DNA of 63,965 nt, the filler included, from Squatina squatina (taxonomy: Eukaryota): the NCBI GenBank assembly GCA_031763465.1. It is 4 parts of 4 records of this genome, joined end to end, with 100 filler letters (N's around TTAATTAATTAA, not from the genome) between each part and the next. Parts side by side here need not be neighbours in the genome. Positions count along the whole stretch, not along the records: positions 16,026 to 32,421 come from JARFOE010000115.1; positions 32,522 to 51,559 come from JARFOE010000001.1; 2 more parts are not named here. One strand, 5' to 3'. The notes under the pieces are model-generated. The model was not told where the DNA came from and did no database searches. It was given only the letters and a program-made list of their open reading frames with translations. Positions 25,045 to 39,959 of the stretch are shown piece by piece. The position numbers were made by a program, and so were the translations under genes. Within the stretch, counting starts at the first letter, position 1. Each line of letters starts with the position of its first letter.

Positions 25045-25218
25045 ATTTCCGAGGTGGATTTCCAGGACTCTGTGCTTGTTTTGGGTTTTCCTGAAGATCT
25101 AAATAAATTGCTGCTTCAGCTTTATCTGGACAATAGGAAAGCGATTCGGAGCATCCTGAATGAGCTGGCCCCAGATCTCCCTCATTACCACAACTTAGAG
25201 TGGAGACTCGATGTACAG
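25045..25218 (+). CDS. COMMD2: COMMD2 exon 4
   Basis: ttag|ATT...CAG|gtaaag, 174 bp, ISEVDFQDSVLVLGFPEDLNKLLLQLYLDNRK...LPHYHNLEWRLDVQ. Confidence 0.94.
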
Positions 25219-25379
25219 GTAAAGAATTTAGACTACCTTCTGAAGCCTAGTCACTTTTACGCAATCTCATATGTATTTTNNNNNNNNNNNNNNNNNNNNN
25301 NNNNNNNNNNNNNNNNNNNNNNNNNNNNNNNNNNNNNNNNNNNNNNNNNNNNNNNNNNNNNNNNNNNNNNNNNNNNNNN

Positions 25380-25985
25380 ATGGAGAGAAAGCAGGTACGG
25401 GGTACTGAGTTGAATGATCAGCCATGATCATATTGAATGGCAGTGCAGGCTCGAAGGGCCGAATGGCCTACTTCTGCTCCTATTTTCTATGTTTCTATGT
25501 CAGTGTTGGACACCGCACCTCAGAAGGATGTACTGGTTTTGGAAGGAGTACAGTGCAAATTCACCAGACTGATACCAAGGCTTAAAAGGTAAAATTGTGA
25601 GGGCTGGTTACATAAAATTTGCTTGTATTTCCTTGAGTTTTGAAGATTGATGGGTGATAGGTTTTTAAAATGGTAAGGGGATTCGATAGGCTAGATACAG
25701 AGAAATTGTTTCCTCTGGTGGGGTAATCCAGAACAATGGGGAGTCAAGCTATGCTATTTAGGAGTAAAATCAGAAAAGGGTAACACAAATCTGGAACTCT
25801 ATCCCCAAAAGACTGTAGGTGATGAGTCAATTGAAATATTCAGGACTGGAGATTGATGGATTTTGTTGGGCCAAAGTATCAAGGCATATGGGGCAAAGGC
25901 AGGCAAATTGACTTGAAGTACCACTCAGCCATGAGCTAATTGACAAGTTCAAAAGGTTGAATTGCTTTACTTGTTCCTATCCTTA
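25380..25985 (+). mobile_element. Two CR1 3' fragments, a young tail then an older copy
   Basis: The ttctatgtttctatgt tail at about 25490 is followed by a decayed ORF2 3' end. Confidence 0.8.
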
Positions 25986-26779
25986 ACTTTCGTGTACTCG
26001 GGTGTCCGATTGGGCCATATACTGCCACTTTCATGTTCAGGTTTTTTTGTCTGATAATACTCCTGCAAAGCGCCTTGGGACATTTTACTACGTTAAAGGC
26101 ACTATGTAAATACAAGTTGTTGTTGTTCATGTGCACCTTCAAGCTACTTTACATCAACACGAAAGTGGTAATGTAACTGCAGTCTTGTACTTCAGTTTTG
26201 GGTTTGTGCCCCAATATGCTATTTTTCATTGGTTCACCTAATTCCATAACTGATCTAAATTTGCCTACAAATTATTAAGTACGTGCCGTGGTGTGCCTAA
26301 TTTTGTGTTGTCACAAATTTGCAATTGTTTTCGCCATCCTGATCACTTGTGTAGATAAAAAAACAGGGATTTGGGCTCGGACCCCTGCAGTACTCCACTC
26401 CATGGTCCCTAGTCTGACTGCACCTCTTACAAATACTCTTTACTTATTTGTTATTACTCAGTCCCAAGTTCTGCACTGGATTCCCATGCTTTTTAATTCC
26501 ATTAGTTGCCTTTCGCATCAGCCCTTGTCAAATGCTTTCCCTAAGCCCAAATAAACTGCATCATCGGGAGTTCCACTATCTACTTTATGTGCAACGCCCA
26601 TAAAAAAGACAGAGAGGTTTGTTGAGCATGTCTGTGCTCTTCTAAAGCCTTCATGGATGTTACTTATTAAACTAATGCATTACAAAACTGTAAGCAAATT
26701 AATATTCATAGTTCTGTTTCCTGCTGGTTTGATGCTGGGATGTCAAGATGGTACCAAACATTCATTTTTCTTCCATCAG

Positions 26780-26977
26780 TTGGCCAGTCGTGCCTTAAGA
26801 CAACAGATCAAACCACTTCTGACTCTGAAACTGCACCTGGAACAGAATGGATGTCAGAGCGCCAACGTACTCCAGACTGATCCTGCCACCTTGCTGCACC
26901 TAATTCGCAAGTTGGAGCAAGCGCTGAGTGAAATGAAGACGAACCATTGCAGAAGGATAGTGCGCAATATAAAATAG
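26780..26977 (+). CDS. COMMD2: COMMD2 last coding exon (COMM domain)
   Basis: ttccatcag|TTG; LASRALRQQIKP...LQTDPATLLHLIRKLEQALSEMKTNHCRRIVRNIK, stop TAG. Candidate AATAAA at 27342-27347. Confidence 0.95.
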   Translation: MASRALRQQIKPLLTLKLHLEQNGCQSANVLQTDPATLLHLIRKLEQALSEMKTNHCRRIVRNIK

Positions 26978-29900
26978 GGAAACGACGAGAGACTGGCAAC
27001 CATTGGCATTCCATGTGCCAAAATGAGACAGCTGAACATTGGCCAATCTGGGATGCCATATGTTGGGAATCTCTCGGTCTGATGGGCAAACTTGTTGTTT
27101 TGTGTACAACTGGATCTTGGTTATTGGAAGCACTTTGCAGAATGAGAGTTGGTTTTAGTCTTTCTTTGCTTTTATTGAGACACTTTGACACAGGAGCCTT
27201 TGTGGCCATTGCTAAACTGTGTAAGAGAATATTATTGGCTGGAGCTGTACGTCGCACTCTGTAAAGTGCTTTCTGTTGATTGTTGCCCATCATTAAGATC
27301 TAAACTTCAGACGGTCAAACAGAAGTGCTTCATTTTAGCCAAATAAATGTTGCCTTGGATGGAAAGGAGCCTAGACGGGAGGGGGAAAAAGCTGTAGGAA
27401 TCAGCAACAGAAGAATGAAATGCAAAGAGTCCTGGAATAACTGATCATACAAAGCAGCTAAAATTAACCAGTAGTGGGAAAAGAAATGATTGGGTGGGGG
27501 AAGGGACACACAATGGCAGCAAAACCACTGCAGGACTGGATAATACATGCTGTCCTTTTATCTCTTGGGGTTAGGCTCAAATCAACGGCAGAATGATGAG
27601 CTGCAAGTCTTGTGTCTATCTGGCAGCTGTGTGCAATGAATCTGGGCGTTGTCTGTTCCATTCATTGTACGCAGCACAAAGCTACCCATGTAAAAGCACT
27701 GAATTGGCAACCTCGCTGAGCATGATGGTATTCATGAGAAAAGGAACTTATCCCAACTTCAGAAGAGTANNNNNNNNNNNNNNNNNNNNNNNNNNNNNNN
27801 NNNNNNNNNNNNNNNNNNNNNNNNNNNNNNNNNNNNNNNNNNNNNNNNNNNNNNNNNNNNNNNNNNNNNCACATGTTGATTCGTATTGGCCAAACGTATG
27901 CAAGTTACGACAAGGCTTCACTGGCACAATGCACGCATCATTAAACATGTCATTAGTCAGGAGCCAGCCAGTTTAAAATCCCTTTGTCTGTTTGACATCA
28001 AAATGTCATTATTATTGTGAGAGGCCCACAAAAGATGACCCACCCACAAGTAAATGTGGTAAAAGTCAAAGCTGAGCCCCTAATTTATGAGCTAGCTCAG
28101 CAATTTAAAGCTTTTGGTTACTAATGTGAGTTGCCTCCACTTTCTAGATGCTGCTTAATTGCTATATCTGCCTCCCTGTACTTTTCTCAGTTCATCTGTC
28201 AGTGCTCAGTGCCAGATCTCTGCTGTCTAGATGCTCTTGGAACTCTTTCCAACCCACAGGTGGTTTCACAATTGCAAAGAAATTGGGTAATAATTAAAAT
28301 CTCGGCACGTCTACCCAGCTCGCATCAACAGAGTGTATCCATTTAGTTAGGAAGTGGGCTGAATGACTGTTGAGTGATGTTAGCTCAGGTCAGAATTAAT
28401 TTCCATTCCTTCTAAAACCGGTTGCTGTACATTAACTAGAAATTGAATATAGGGATGCTAACCCCGTTGCACTGTAGAGTTATGTCAAAGAAGCCGGTGA
28501 GGCTGGGAGTGGAGGAATTAAAATAAGAAGGTTTTCCACGGAACAATAGTTTGGGCCACTCCTGCTGTGCATGTATTGACTAGTCTGTTTTAGAAAGGAG
28601 TTTTGATGATTAGCCCTCTCACGGGGAGCTGCCTTCAGGCACTGTTGCCAGTCTCATTCCAATAGGGAGGTGAGACGACAGAGAACTGGGTTTTCAGGAG
28701 TCCACATATGGAAAACTTTTAATAAATTGTTTTGTAATTGTAAGTATTTTGGATAAGAGGCAGTACATGGAAAAAAAATCAATATTAACCATTTCAGTTG
28801 CTTGAGTTTCATGCACCATAAGGGGTTTAATTGGACTTTTAGAACGGCAGCTAGTCCAATTAAACTATTTAAACCCTACTCAAGATGTAGTAACGTTCCC
28901 ACAAAATTCCTCTGGTGAAGTACTGAAATTTGGAGCCNNNNNNNNNNNNNNNNNNNNNNNNNNNNNNNNNNNNNNNNNNNNNNNNNNNNNNNNNNNNNNN
29001 NNNNNNNNNNNNNNNNNNNNNNNNNNNNNNNNNNNNNTTTTTTTGTACTTATCTTTACATTTCTTCACTACTTGTCACCTAATAAGCAGTTCTTAACTAA
29101 TAATTAGTTCGACACCATGACCTCATGAAAATGAACTTACACTACTGGTTGAATAAACAGATTTTTTTTCAATTTGAGACAATTATTTACATCGTCTGTA
29201 TGACATTACTCAGTTTTCTGGAATTTAGTTTAGTTTTATCTGTATTTAGTGTTGTACTTTAGACAAAACGGAATTCCAAAGATTGTTTTTGAAAAAATTG
29301 GAAATCAACCCCAGAATATCTTTGGATGACTCGGGTAGTGTTCCTGCATTAAACTTGAATTCACACGTGAAGCAACTATAGTTTTATTTTTTTTCATGAG
29401 CTCAAACAATTCTGCCGGTTCGGAAATGTCCTGCTAGATTACATTTACCTCATGCGAACTCAGATACTTTTTACATTTCAAAATTTCAACAAACGTCAGA
29501 CATTATTAGCAAAGGTGCACGTCTTTAAATCTGCGAAGGGGAGTTGCCAATCGGATTTTTATATGGAGAATAAATGATTGCAGGGGACATGTTATAAAAC
29601 TGTCACGCGCTCCACAGGGTTTGGATGATATAAACCACGCAAGAAAAGCTCAGACCGATTACTTAGTCAGTCAAAACCAAAGAATGTTTAACAACCTTGG
29701 ACACCCTCCCAAACATTGATTATTTTATCATGTGGTGTTATTGGCCATGCGTGGTTTAAAACAATACTTTTTACCACAGAGATGGGATCAAATAATAATG
29801 CACAGCATTGTAGTTATAAGACACTCTTGAATATATTATGAAATGTAGTACATACCATTTAAAGTCTATATTAAATGCCACATTTTTCCACATGTTTCTC

Positions 29901-31313
29901 CTCCCCTGAAGGCGCTGACTCTCAGAGGATGCTGGGTACCTTCTATAAGTGGACATTATTCATATGTAAGCCTCGAGAGTGAACATTGGTAAGCTATTCG
30001 ATCATATAAAGCATCACAGTCAAACCCAACATGTACACCATGAGATTACCAGCCGGTGATCAGGAGACAGAGCCCTGGGTGATTCAGGGCCACTAAGATG
30101 AATTGTAGCATCTCTACTGATAACCTGAAAAAGCTTGGTGTGCATTACTCAGCATCACACCGTAGGGTAGAAGTTCTCGCAGTGCCTTGTTTATTCATTC
30201 TCAGGATGTGGAATCGCTGGCAAGGTCGGCATTTATTGGTCCCGTCAGTGGGTGGTTAAGAGTCAACCATGATAGTGTGGGACTGGAGTCACAAATAGGC
30301 AAGATCAGGTAAGGATGGGATGTTTCCTTCCCTAAAGGACATTTGGGTGTTCATAACAATCCGACAGCTTCATGGTCACTTTTAATGATACCAGCTCTTT
30401 ATATCTTGAATGTTTGACCTTCAAATGGCATTTACCTAATTGATAGTCACCTGCCTGCCACCCACATTTGGTGGACATTCAAAATGCTGAAATAGAATAA
30501 TGTGTTGGCCAGAGAACATTTTTGGTAGACATCTGCTGGCTGAAGATTATTAGGCCCAATTCATTTCCAGAAGCCGGTGGTAATTTGGCTCTTTGTAGAA
30601 AGGAAATTTATTTTTGAAGGGGTTCCATTGTCTTTCATAGGTTTGGCGATACCTCAAGAATGTGCCGTATGTGCACACAGCAATAGAAGAGATCAAGGGC
30701 AGTCGACAGGTTTAAGTGGCGTCACTGCCCAACCGTTGACTGGCTTGCCCAGTATTTTCACCTTGAGTACTCCTGGCGTAAAGCTTTGCGCGCTGAGAGT
30801 GTTCATTGGGAATTGGGGTGTGCACAAGCCTTAATCTTTCATCCCAAGTTCCTGATAAGCACTTCCAGTACACAGGAGCACATAAGTTGAGCATTTACCA
30901 CCCCCACCCCAAGTGTGTAACGTTAACAGCTCAGGGTGAGATGGAGTGATGGTGAGTTATTCATTCTCTAGTATCATAACTTGGCAATGTGCTGTCAAAT
31001 TCATAAAATGGCCAATAAGCTAACTGTTTAGAANNNNNNNNNNNNNNNNNNNNNNNNNNNNNNNNNNNNNNNNNNNNNNNNNNNNNNNNNNNNNNNNNNN
31101 NNNNNNNNNNNNNNNNNNNNNNNNNNNNNNNNNAGACGGGCGATCATGAAAGTTGTGATTATTTTACACCCGCACTTTTGAAGACTGGACTCGCTCGGGG
31201 AGGGGGGGAGGAATTTTTTTTTATAAAAAAGTTTTTATCGCTTAGAACAAAAAAAAGTTTTCGAAAACTTTTTATTTATTTTTTTTAATTTTTAAAAAAA
31301 AACACATATATAA

Positions 31314-31736
<423 letters not shown>

Positions 31737-32421
31737 TGAGTACCCAACTTTGTGCATTCAAACTTTGACTTCAACCTGCACTGTACTGAACTTGTTCCTC
31801 TTTGGAATAACATTACATTATTAAAATATTAGCAAACCCGAAACTATCTGTGACCCTGTGGTATTTTACTACAAATATGTCATTTTTATAAAACAACTTT
31901 TGTGTAAGTGTAGAAATCTCCCTGATATTTTTGATTTTCCCCCATCCCCACTTTGTTTATATACAGGGACATGAGCCCAATCTCAGCAACATCAAATCCA
32001 TTTTGACAAGGGGGGGGGGCAGAAAAAGTCTTATTTGCTGCATTTCTGTTTATTTGGCCAACGGTATATATTTTTTTTCAAATTGACTTTGTTAATAACA
32101 TTATTAGTTGCTTTGTCTACCTGCACAAAAAAAGGTGACATTTGGGAAGAGTGTGCCATGTGAAGATTGTTTCTGCAAAGTCTTTCGTCTAACTAAAAGA
32201 ATAAGATTGGCCAGAAGGACTATGGCTGGCAGGGCAGAGTGTACCAGAGTCTGACAGATCGTAGTGTCCTCAGGACAATTGGTAAAGTGAAAGGGGCGGG
32301 CTGATTGTGATTGACAGAGAACTCAGTACAGATTGCTGGTGCCCAAATGCTCAATTTGTTTAAGAGTATTTGTGTGTTGAATGACATTTTGGGCTTGCCA
32401 AGTGCTTGGAAGTGCGACGCT

Positions 32422-32521
32422 NNNNNNNNNNNNNNNNNNNNNNNNNNNNNNNNNNNNNNNNNNNNTTAATTAATTAANNNNNNNNNNNNNNNNNNNNNNN
32501 NNNNNNNNNNNNNNNNNNNNN
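32422..32521. other. Artificial scaffold spacer N44-TTAATTAATTAA-N44
   Basis: Same layout as 15926-16025. Confidence 0.95.
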
Positions 32522-32918
32522 CTTAGTCTCAATGTGTATGCTGATTTTCCAGTTGTATAATATCTTACTGATAGTATGAGGGACACATACATTATTTGAA
32601 GGATTATACTATTATGCCCTATGATGTAAGCTCTTTATACAAGTACCATAGACATCCTACAAAAAAGCTACTGGAAAGTACCTGCAGTAGACACAGCTGG
32701 AAGCTAACTGCTGTCCTTTCCCATCCCAACAATAATCTGTTACTTTGCTTAAATAAAAAGGTCTGTACATGTACAGAATTATCAATTCAACAGTAGAATT
32801 TTAACACTTCCTCCCACCTTCCCTTACCAGTAGCCTGGCTCAGTGTAATACTACAGATTCTCAATGGGCACTTTAAAGGAAATTGTTCACCCAATCACAG
32901 AAGACACTGATGATGCAG

Positions 32919-33058
32919 TTATGTATTCATTAGTTCAGGACAGGGCTGGTTGTGTCTGTACTGTGTGATGTAGACTCCAGTTTGGTGCCACCAATAAAAC
33001 ATCACGACAACAAGGACATGCCAGCATTGATGACTGGAACCGAGGTAGTTGAGCTGCC
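32919..33058 (-). CDS. PAQR3: Progestin and adipoQ receptor 3, last coding exon
   Basis: ccttttacag|GG; GQLNYLGSSHQCWHVLVVVMFYWWHQTGVYITQYRHNQPCPELMNT-stop, containing the PAQR SHQxWH motif. Confidence 0.93.
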
Positions 33059-33195
33059 CTGTAAAAGGTACAGAAATGTTAGCAACTCCTGCTTTNNNNN
33101 NNNNNNNNNNNNNNNNNNNNNNNNNNNNNNNNNNNNNNNNNNNNNNNNNNNNNNNNNNNNNNNNNNNNNNNNNNNNNNNNNNNNNNNNNNNNNNN

Positions 33196-33342
33196 TCCAT
33201 CTGTAATGTAAGGATTATCTTTAAGAAAAGATGGAATTTGTTCATAAGTGTACAGGCGGATGCCGCGTGGTACAAGAACAGGCCAATAGTGGTAGTTTCC
33301 TAATTCAATGTAGTGGGCACTTTTGAGTAACTTCTGAGGCAT
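33196..33342 (-). CDS. PAQR3: PAQR3 first coding exon (truncated by gap)
   Basis: MPQKLLKSAHYIELGNYHYWPVLVPRGIRLYTYEQIPSFLKDNPYITDG matches the PAQR3 N-terminus. Confidence 0.95.
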
Positions 33343-33994
33343 GATGCTGGAAATTATAAAAGAAATAATAATACAAGTCAGGATTTTATTACAAATAGTG
33401 CATGTATACCAAATAGATTGTCAATAAGGTTCATTCAACACCACATTATTTGAGTAATCAAAGGCTCCAAAATAGTTATAACAAATATAAAAATAATGAG
33501 TTTAACTTAACGAATGAATAAAAAAATCCAAGAATCCATAAAGTGATTAATCTATTCTGGAACTTTATTACACATCTTGGTAAACATTCAATTATATCTT
33601 TCTCGTTCTCCTTGTGGACTTTTTCCTTATTTATAGCCGATATTGTGAAAATATGATGCTGGAAGCTGATATATTTCCAAGTAAAGATGGTGTGTGACTT
33701 GGAGGGGAACTTGAAGGTGGTGGTGTTGTCACAGCACCTATTGCTTTTGCCTTCTAGATTGTGGAGGTCGCAAGTTTGGGAGGTGCAGTAAAGGAAGCCT
33801 TGACGAGTTGCTGCAGTGGATCCTGTAGATCAGGGTTCTTAACTATTTGCCTCCGAGGTCGCCCTCTCGTATTATAAAAATCCAGCGAGCCACCTGTAAC
33901 ACAACACAAATATGTTTCTCTGTATAAAAATTAGGTATTAATAGCTCTACTACACCTTATGTAAAGAAGAATGTATTAAATCCTAAATTTACGT

Positions 33995-34074
33995 TAGCAA
34001 AATACTGTGGATGCTGGAAATCTGAAATGAAAACAGAAAATGCGAGAAACACTCAACAGGTCAGGAGGCATCTG
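33995..34074. mobile_element. Arm of the palindromic Penelope-like repeat (cut by gap)
   Basis: gcaaaatactgtggatgctggaaatctgaaatgaaaacagaaaatgc matches 13580-13650. Confidence 0.55.
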
Positions 34075-37000
34075 NNNNNNNNNNNNNNNNNNNNNNNNNN
34101 NNNNNNNNNNNNNNNNNNNNNNNNNNNNNNNNNNNNNNNNNNNNNNNNNNNNNNNNNNNNNNNNNNNNNNNNNNTTAATTTGTGTTAAACATGAGTTTAT
34201 TATAAGAGACTGTAGTGCATAATGTGACATGCCACAGCAGGGATATATATTTTAATTTTTTTTTCTTGACTAGGCATTTTGGCTTCACCCAGCAACACAC
34301 AAAAATTCAGAATTGGAATAGAAATGAAATGAGAAATGTTGGCAAGCTTCAGGTTGTTCTGTAACTTATTCCTGACAGAGTGAAGGCACAGTGTGAAAGT
34401 AGCTTCGTGGTTGGCTCCATGGTCCTTATCTTGCTATTCTACCAGCCTCATTTCCTTTATATAAAGTAATTTTATACAGAGGTGGTATATAGATATGTCT
34501 TGCTCATTATTTTTATTCTCACTTCTTGATTTCTGGAAAGTCTGAGAACTCTTGCAGGTAGGAACACACTTTCTAATATGGTCTTTGAAAAAAAAAAATA
34601 ATTCTGAAAGAATTCCTCTTCTACTTTGCACTTGAAACGAACAGAAGAAAACTGGCAGCTAGCAGTACATTACAGAAATAATATCAGGAGCATCAAACAC
34701 CAACAATTCATGAGTGAGTTTGGCAGTCAGGAGTCAAATACAGTTTGTCTTTCATTGGAGTAAAATAACCTTAGTGTGATATTTTGACTTGCTCTGTTAA
34801 GGCTGTTATTTCCACAGTAAAATCAGAAGCCGGCTTTTATTAATTTTTATCAGAATATGACAATAATGCAGCATTTGTAACCTTCTTGCAAATGCCAGAA
34901 AATCTGAAAATAACCTCTGATATAGCTGTTTTCCACTGATTGCTGGCATGGTTTCCATCGTTAGCTGGCACTGTGTGCTAAGTGTTATTTTGCTGCAGTG
35001 AATTATCATTTTAATTTTCTCTGCAGTGAATTAACATTCTGTCACTACAGTAAAGATAGAACTGAGACCCAAGGAACAAAATTAATTAAAAATATGTAAA
35101 AATAATTGCTGCCTATTTAGATAGGGTTTAGATTTCAGTGACTCCCATGTCAGCTGTCTTTAATTTTATTTTGTTATATATACTGAAATGTTTGCACTTG
35201 GTTCAATGAACTGACTGTCATCTCATCCATTCACTACATAGACGTCTTGGCTTTGTTTCTGCACCTTTAGAAGTGTTAACGGACTTAAGTAGGAAAAGGG
35301 AAATTGTTTCTAAGCAGGGACTCGCATAGGTTGGTGATAAGTTTTGAAGAATGAAATACTTTCCTTGCTGCACCATATGACTGTTAAATGATCAGCAATA
35401 ATGCTGAGCTTACTGCAATAACAAAATCTTGGAATAACTGTTGACATGAAACTTCCCTAAAGGGTTACCATTGTTTACAACTGTGTTTTTTTTTGCTGGC
35501 CCAGATAGACTGCAGTTACAATTTTTAGAGCATATCAAATATTAAAATGTACTTTTACTAACACGGTGCTATCCTGAAAATTCTTATTTTAAAATGAGAG
35601 ATTCAAATGAGTTATTCTCAACGAGTAATTTCTAGATGGAAAATGGTGACANNNNNNNNNNNNNNNNNNNNNNNNNNNNNNNNNNNNNNNNNNNNNNNNN
35701 NNNNNNNNNNNNNNNNNNNNNNNNNNNNNNNNNNNNNNNNNNNNNNNNNNNNNNNNNNNNNNNNNNNNNNNNNNNNNNNNNNNNNNNNNNNNNNNNNNNN
35801 NNNNNNNNNNNNNNNNNNNNNNNNNNNNNNNNNNNNNNNNNNNNNNNNNNNNNNNNNNNNNNNNNNNNNNNNNNNNNNNNNNNNNNNNNNNNNNNNNNNN
35901 NNNNNNNNNNNNNNNNNNNNNNNNNNNNNNNNNNNNNNNNNNNNNNNNNNNNNNNNNNNNNNNNNNNNNNNNNNNNNNNNNNNNNNNNNNNNNNNNNNNN
36001 NNNNNNNNNNNNNNNNNNNNNNNNNNNNNNNNNNNNNNNNNNNNNNNNNNNNNNNNNNNNNNNNNNNNNNNNNNNNNNNNNNNNNNNNNNNNNNNNNNNN
36101 NNNNNNNNNNNNNNNNNNNNNNNNNNNNNNNNNNNNNNNNNNNNNNNNNNNNNNNNNNNNNNNNNNNNNNNNNNNNNNNNNNNNNNNNNNNNNNNNNNNN
36201 NNNNNNNNNNNNNNNNNNNNNNNNNNNNNNNNNNNNNNNNNNNNNNNNNNNNNNNNNNNNNNNNNNNNNNNNNNNNNNNNNNNNNNNNNNNNNNNNNNNN
36301 NNNNNNNNNNNNNNNNNNNNNNNNNNNNNNNNNNNNNNNNNNNNNNNNNNNNNNNNNNNNNNNNNNNNNNNNNNNNNNNNNNNNNNNNNNNNNNNNNNNN
36401 NNNNNNNNNNNNNNNNNNNNNNNNNNNNNNNNNNNNNNNNNNNNNNNNNNNNNNNNNNNNNNNNNNNNNNNNNNNNNNNNNNNNNNNNNNNNNNNNNNNN
36501 NNNNNNNNNNNNNNNNNNNNNNNNNNNNNNNNNNNNNNNNNNNNNNNNNNNNNNNNNNNNNNNNNNNNNNNNNNNNNNNNNNNNNNNNTGATGTCAAACT
36601 GCACCACCATTTAGGTGGTCATTGTAAACTAGAGGACTATTGATGCAGCTTATACTAAACTAACAATATACTGTTGAGATTGATGTTGCGTGGTCACTAT
36701 ATGTAGGAAGTCGCTCTACAGGTGGTCTTGAAAATTCATTGTAAATATTCACTTCTTACATTCATACCAGCAGAATTGACTACTTAGAACAAGAAAAAAA
36801 GCATTAAACAGTGAATGAAAGCAAATCTTCGACTGATAATAGCTATTGCCTAATGTAAGAAAGTGAGGTGTTGTTTTATAAGATGATTAGGGATATACAG
36901 ACACAGGAGGATCATTAAAATTGGATCTTTTTGCATTTTAAGGATTATTCTATCTTGTTGTCTGTAAGCATTCCTTTAAATGTGCAGAGCTTTTCTACAA

Positions 37001-39959
37001 CCTTTCATAAAACATCATCATCTTTATGGACTGTATCATATTGTGCAGTAATGTGTTTTATTGTCCACAGAATAAGCTTTTCTTAAAGATAATTGGAAAC
37101 CCTGAAAACTGCTGCTATCTGGTGATTTTAAATACATTATTTCTGAAATGTGGCTTGTGTAATGATCCTGCCTGTTTAAGATTTATTTTGCTGGAGAAAA
37201 TTGATCCATTTCACCTTTGTCTAATGGAAATTTTTATCTGGTATTATCTGTTTATGTAAATGAATGCTGCTCTGAGGAGAAAGCGAGATAGTGCCATAAA
37301 TCTCTACTTTGTAGCCGCCCTCTGAGTCCAAGACTGTATCTCAGTTGAACTGTAAGCTCGGTGGCATTTAAAATAAACTGGTAGCATTTTAAAACTGGCA
37401 GANNNNNNNNNNNNNNNNNNNNNNNNNNNNNNNNNNNNNNNNNNNNNNNNNNNNNNNNNNNNNNNNNNNNNNNNNNNNNNNNNNNNNNNNNNNTAGCCTG
37501 ACAGTTGTCTAGCTGCCTAACATTCAGCCCTTTCTTTTCTGTCAGGTGGTGATATACACAGAAAGCTGTGCTCTGGTCTTTTTTTCTGCCCTGATGGCTG
37601 AGCATCTTCCTGCCTGTAATTTGTTGCTAATCAGCTGTCAGTTTAGAGCGATGATGAGATGATCATCTCTCACCCAGGGTAATGGCCTTAAAAGTCACAG
37701 AGTCACTGTCAATGGGATAGCTCCAATTCAATCAGTGACCAGAATGAGGGATGGCACCTGCTGACATTACCAGTCATTTTGAGCTCAAGCATCTGGGCCC
37801 TAGTAAATAACCATCAGTGGGTGGGTCTGGAGGACAGATCATTAGTCCTGCAAAAAATAAATATCTCCCTGTTGATTGCTACGAGTAATTTAGCTCAGAC
37901 TAGGAAATTTCACCCTAGATTAAGTATGATGATCCAATATCAGTCAACGGAGGCAAACACTGAGAGCTTGATGAGATAGAGTGAAATTTGCATTCAGCTT
38001 GGTAAATGTGGGATGTATTTAACAGTGGAGTGAAGAAGAGAGATTGCTTTAAAAGGCAGGAAAGTAAATAGAAAGTATAATGCTTTGGCATTTAAAGTGA
38101 CCACTTCACTTCTGTAAGTATATGCAGACAGAATTTTAAAACAAATCTAAAATTAGACTCACATTTATTCTGTAATACAATATTCCTAGAAATATGTCTA
38201 ATAGACTTGATCGCAGAAAATGGTAATAATGACTAAAGCATTTTGCTACCTATTTGCTATACCTCAGTGTCTAATTTGTGTTGCATCGTTGAACTAATCT
38301 GGGACTGTTAACAGCAAGTTAGAATGGAAATTCCTATTGAAAATGTTGTTCTGCAATGTCTCCAAATCAATTACTGTTTACCAAGTTTTGGGCAAGNNNN
38401 NNNNNNNNNNNNNNNNNNNNNNNNNNNNNNNNNNNNNNNNNNNNNNNNNNNNNNNNNNNNNNNNNNNNNNNNNNNNNNNNNNNNNNNNNNNNNNNNATGA
38501 TGGTAATGGAGGGCTTTTGTGTGACTTGCCAGTTGAAACTGTCTTGGTTCAGCTACCTCCTAAATAAATGCCATCTGCTGTGATTGGCTGTCCTCTGCGG
38601 AATGCATAACTTGACCCTATGCTAACGAAGTGCAAAAAAAGTTTATGCAGATGATATATCATTCTGTCTGCTTAAGCTTCATCGCTACTTTAGTAATATA
38701 CTGTACATCCCTGGTGAACAGTTAGATTGGGAATCAAATTAATCTTGGAGTCCAAATCTGCCTTGTAAGAATTGATTACACTGCAGTGAGAAAGCAAGCA
38801 AAATTAAAAATAGAAGGAACTGCACATCCCAAAAAATTAGGTCGTTTAACCACTCCCGATGTAACCCTTTTGTACCAACTATTCCTGTGAGCTTTCAATA
38901 TACATATTTTCTTCCTTATGTCCTTTATAATCAAGGTATTATCAAGAGAATTTCAAAAATTTAAAGGAACAGATGCCATTTTTTTTTACTCAGAATTTCT
39001 CCTCCTGATAATTCCGGGTTTTTACTTGGGAAATTAAATTCTACTGTAGCTCACAAAGGGTTTGCTTTTCTTAGTGCTCCCCAACTCCAGTAGGCACCAC
39101 CTCTTGCTGGGAAGGTCCCACGGTTACCAGCAGACCTCCAGTACCTCACACAAGTGGCCATTCTCCAGGTGTGAATCTGGACAGTGCCTATCAGTAGATT
39201 ATTTGATTGTGGGGAATGGCACAGATGAACCTAATCCTGTTCTCACCCAAACGTGCACTTACTATCAGAAGTGACTGCATGGTGGACAGAAGCAGGAACA
39301 CTGGACTGGTTTTCCATTCTCTAGCCCACCTGAAATATTTAAAATAGATGTTTTCAGGTGGGTGGTGGGTCCTTCCATTCTCTTGATGACCCCGAGCACT
39401 CTTTGGCTATGGATTTTCTAAAAAAAGGTTTGGAGTGGGTCTTCATGAAGAGAGCCACAACTCATGGACTGGTATTTGTCTTACCTGTTTATCGTGGGGA
39501 AGTTGGGTTAGAAACATAGATTCGGTCTCAGCCACAAAATGAATTGTGGAAACATTGGATATCATTAGTGACGTCATGTAGCCTTAAATTGTAACACACA
39601 ATGCCATATGTACTTTCATGCCTGATCAGGCATGTAATTTTACACCACAACAGTATATTATGTAAACATGTGCAGCTTGTTTTCATTAGCTGCTTATCAT
39701 TAGCTTTTTGAAATTACAGCTTACTCCTTTCATTCATGTCACAATCTATAGAGCAAACCAGGGAAATTGTGTATTGTACATTCCTTCACCACTCATTTCA
39801 ATGCTGGTCATGAATAAAGTGGTAGGAACTGAAGCAGACATCCAAATACAGACAGCCGTGAATGTATTGGGTTCTTTCTGACCCCTGCCCCTTTCTCAGC
39901 TCACTGTACCTCAGCCTCTGGCAGATGGCTAAGAACTTTATACATATGTTAAACAGGGA

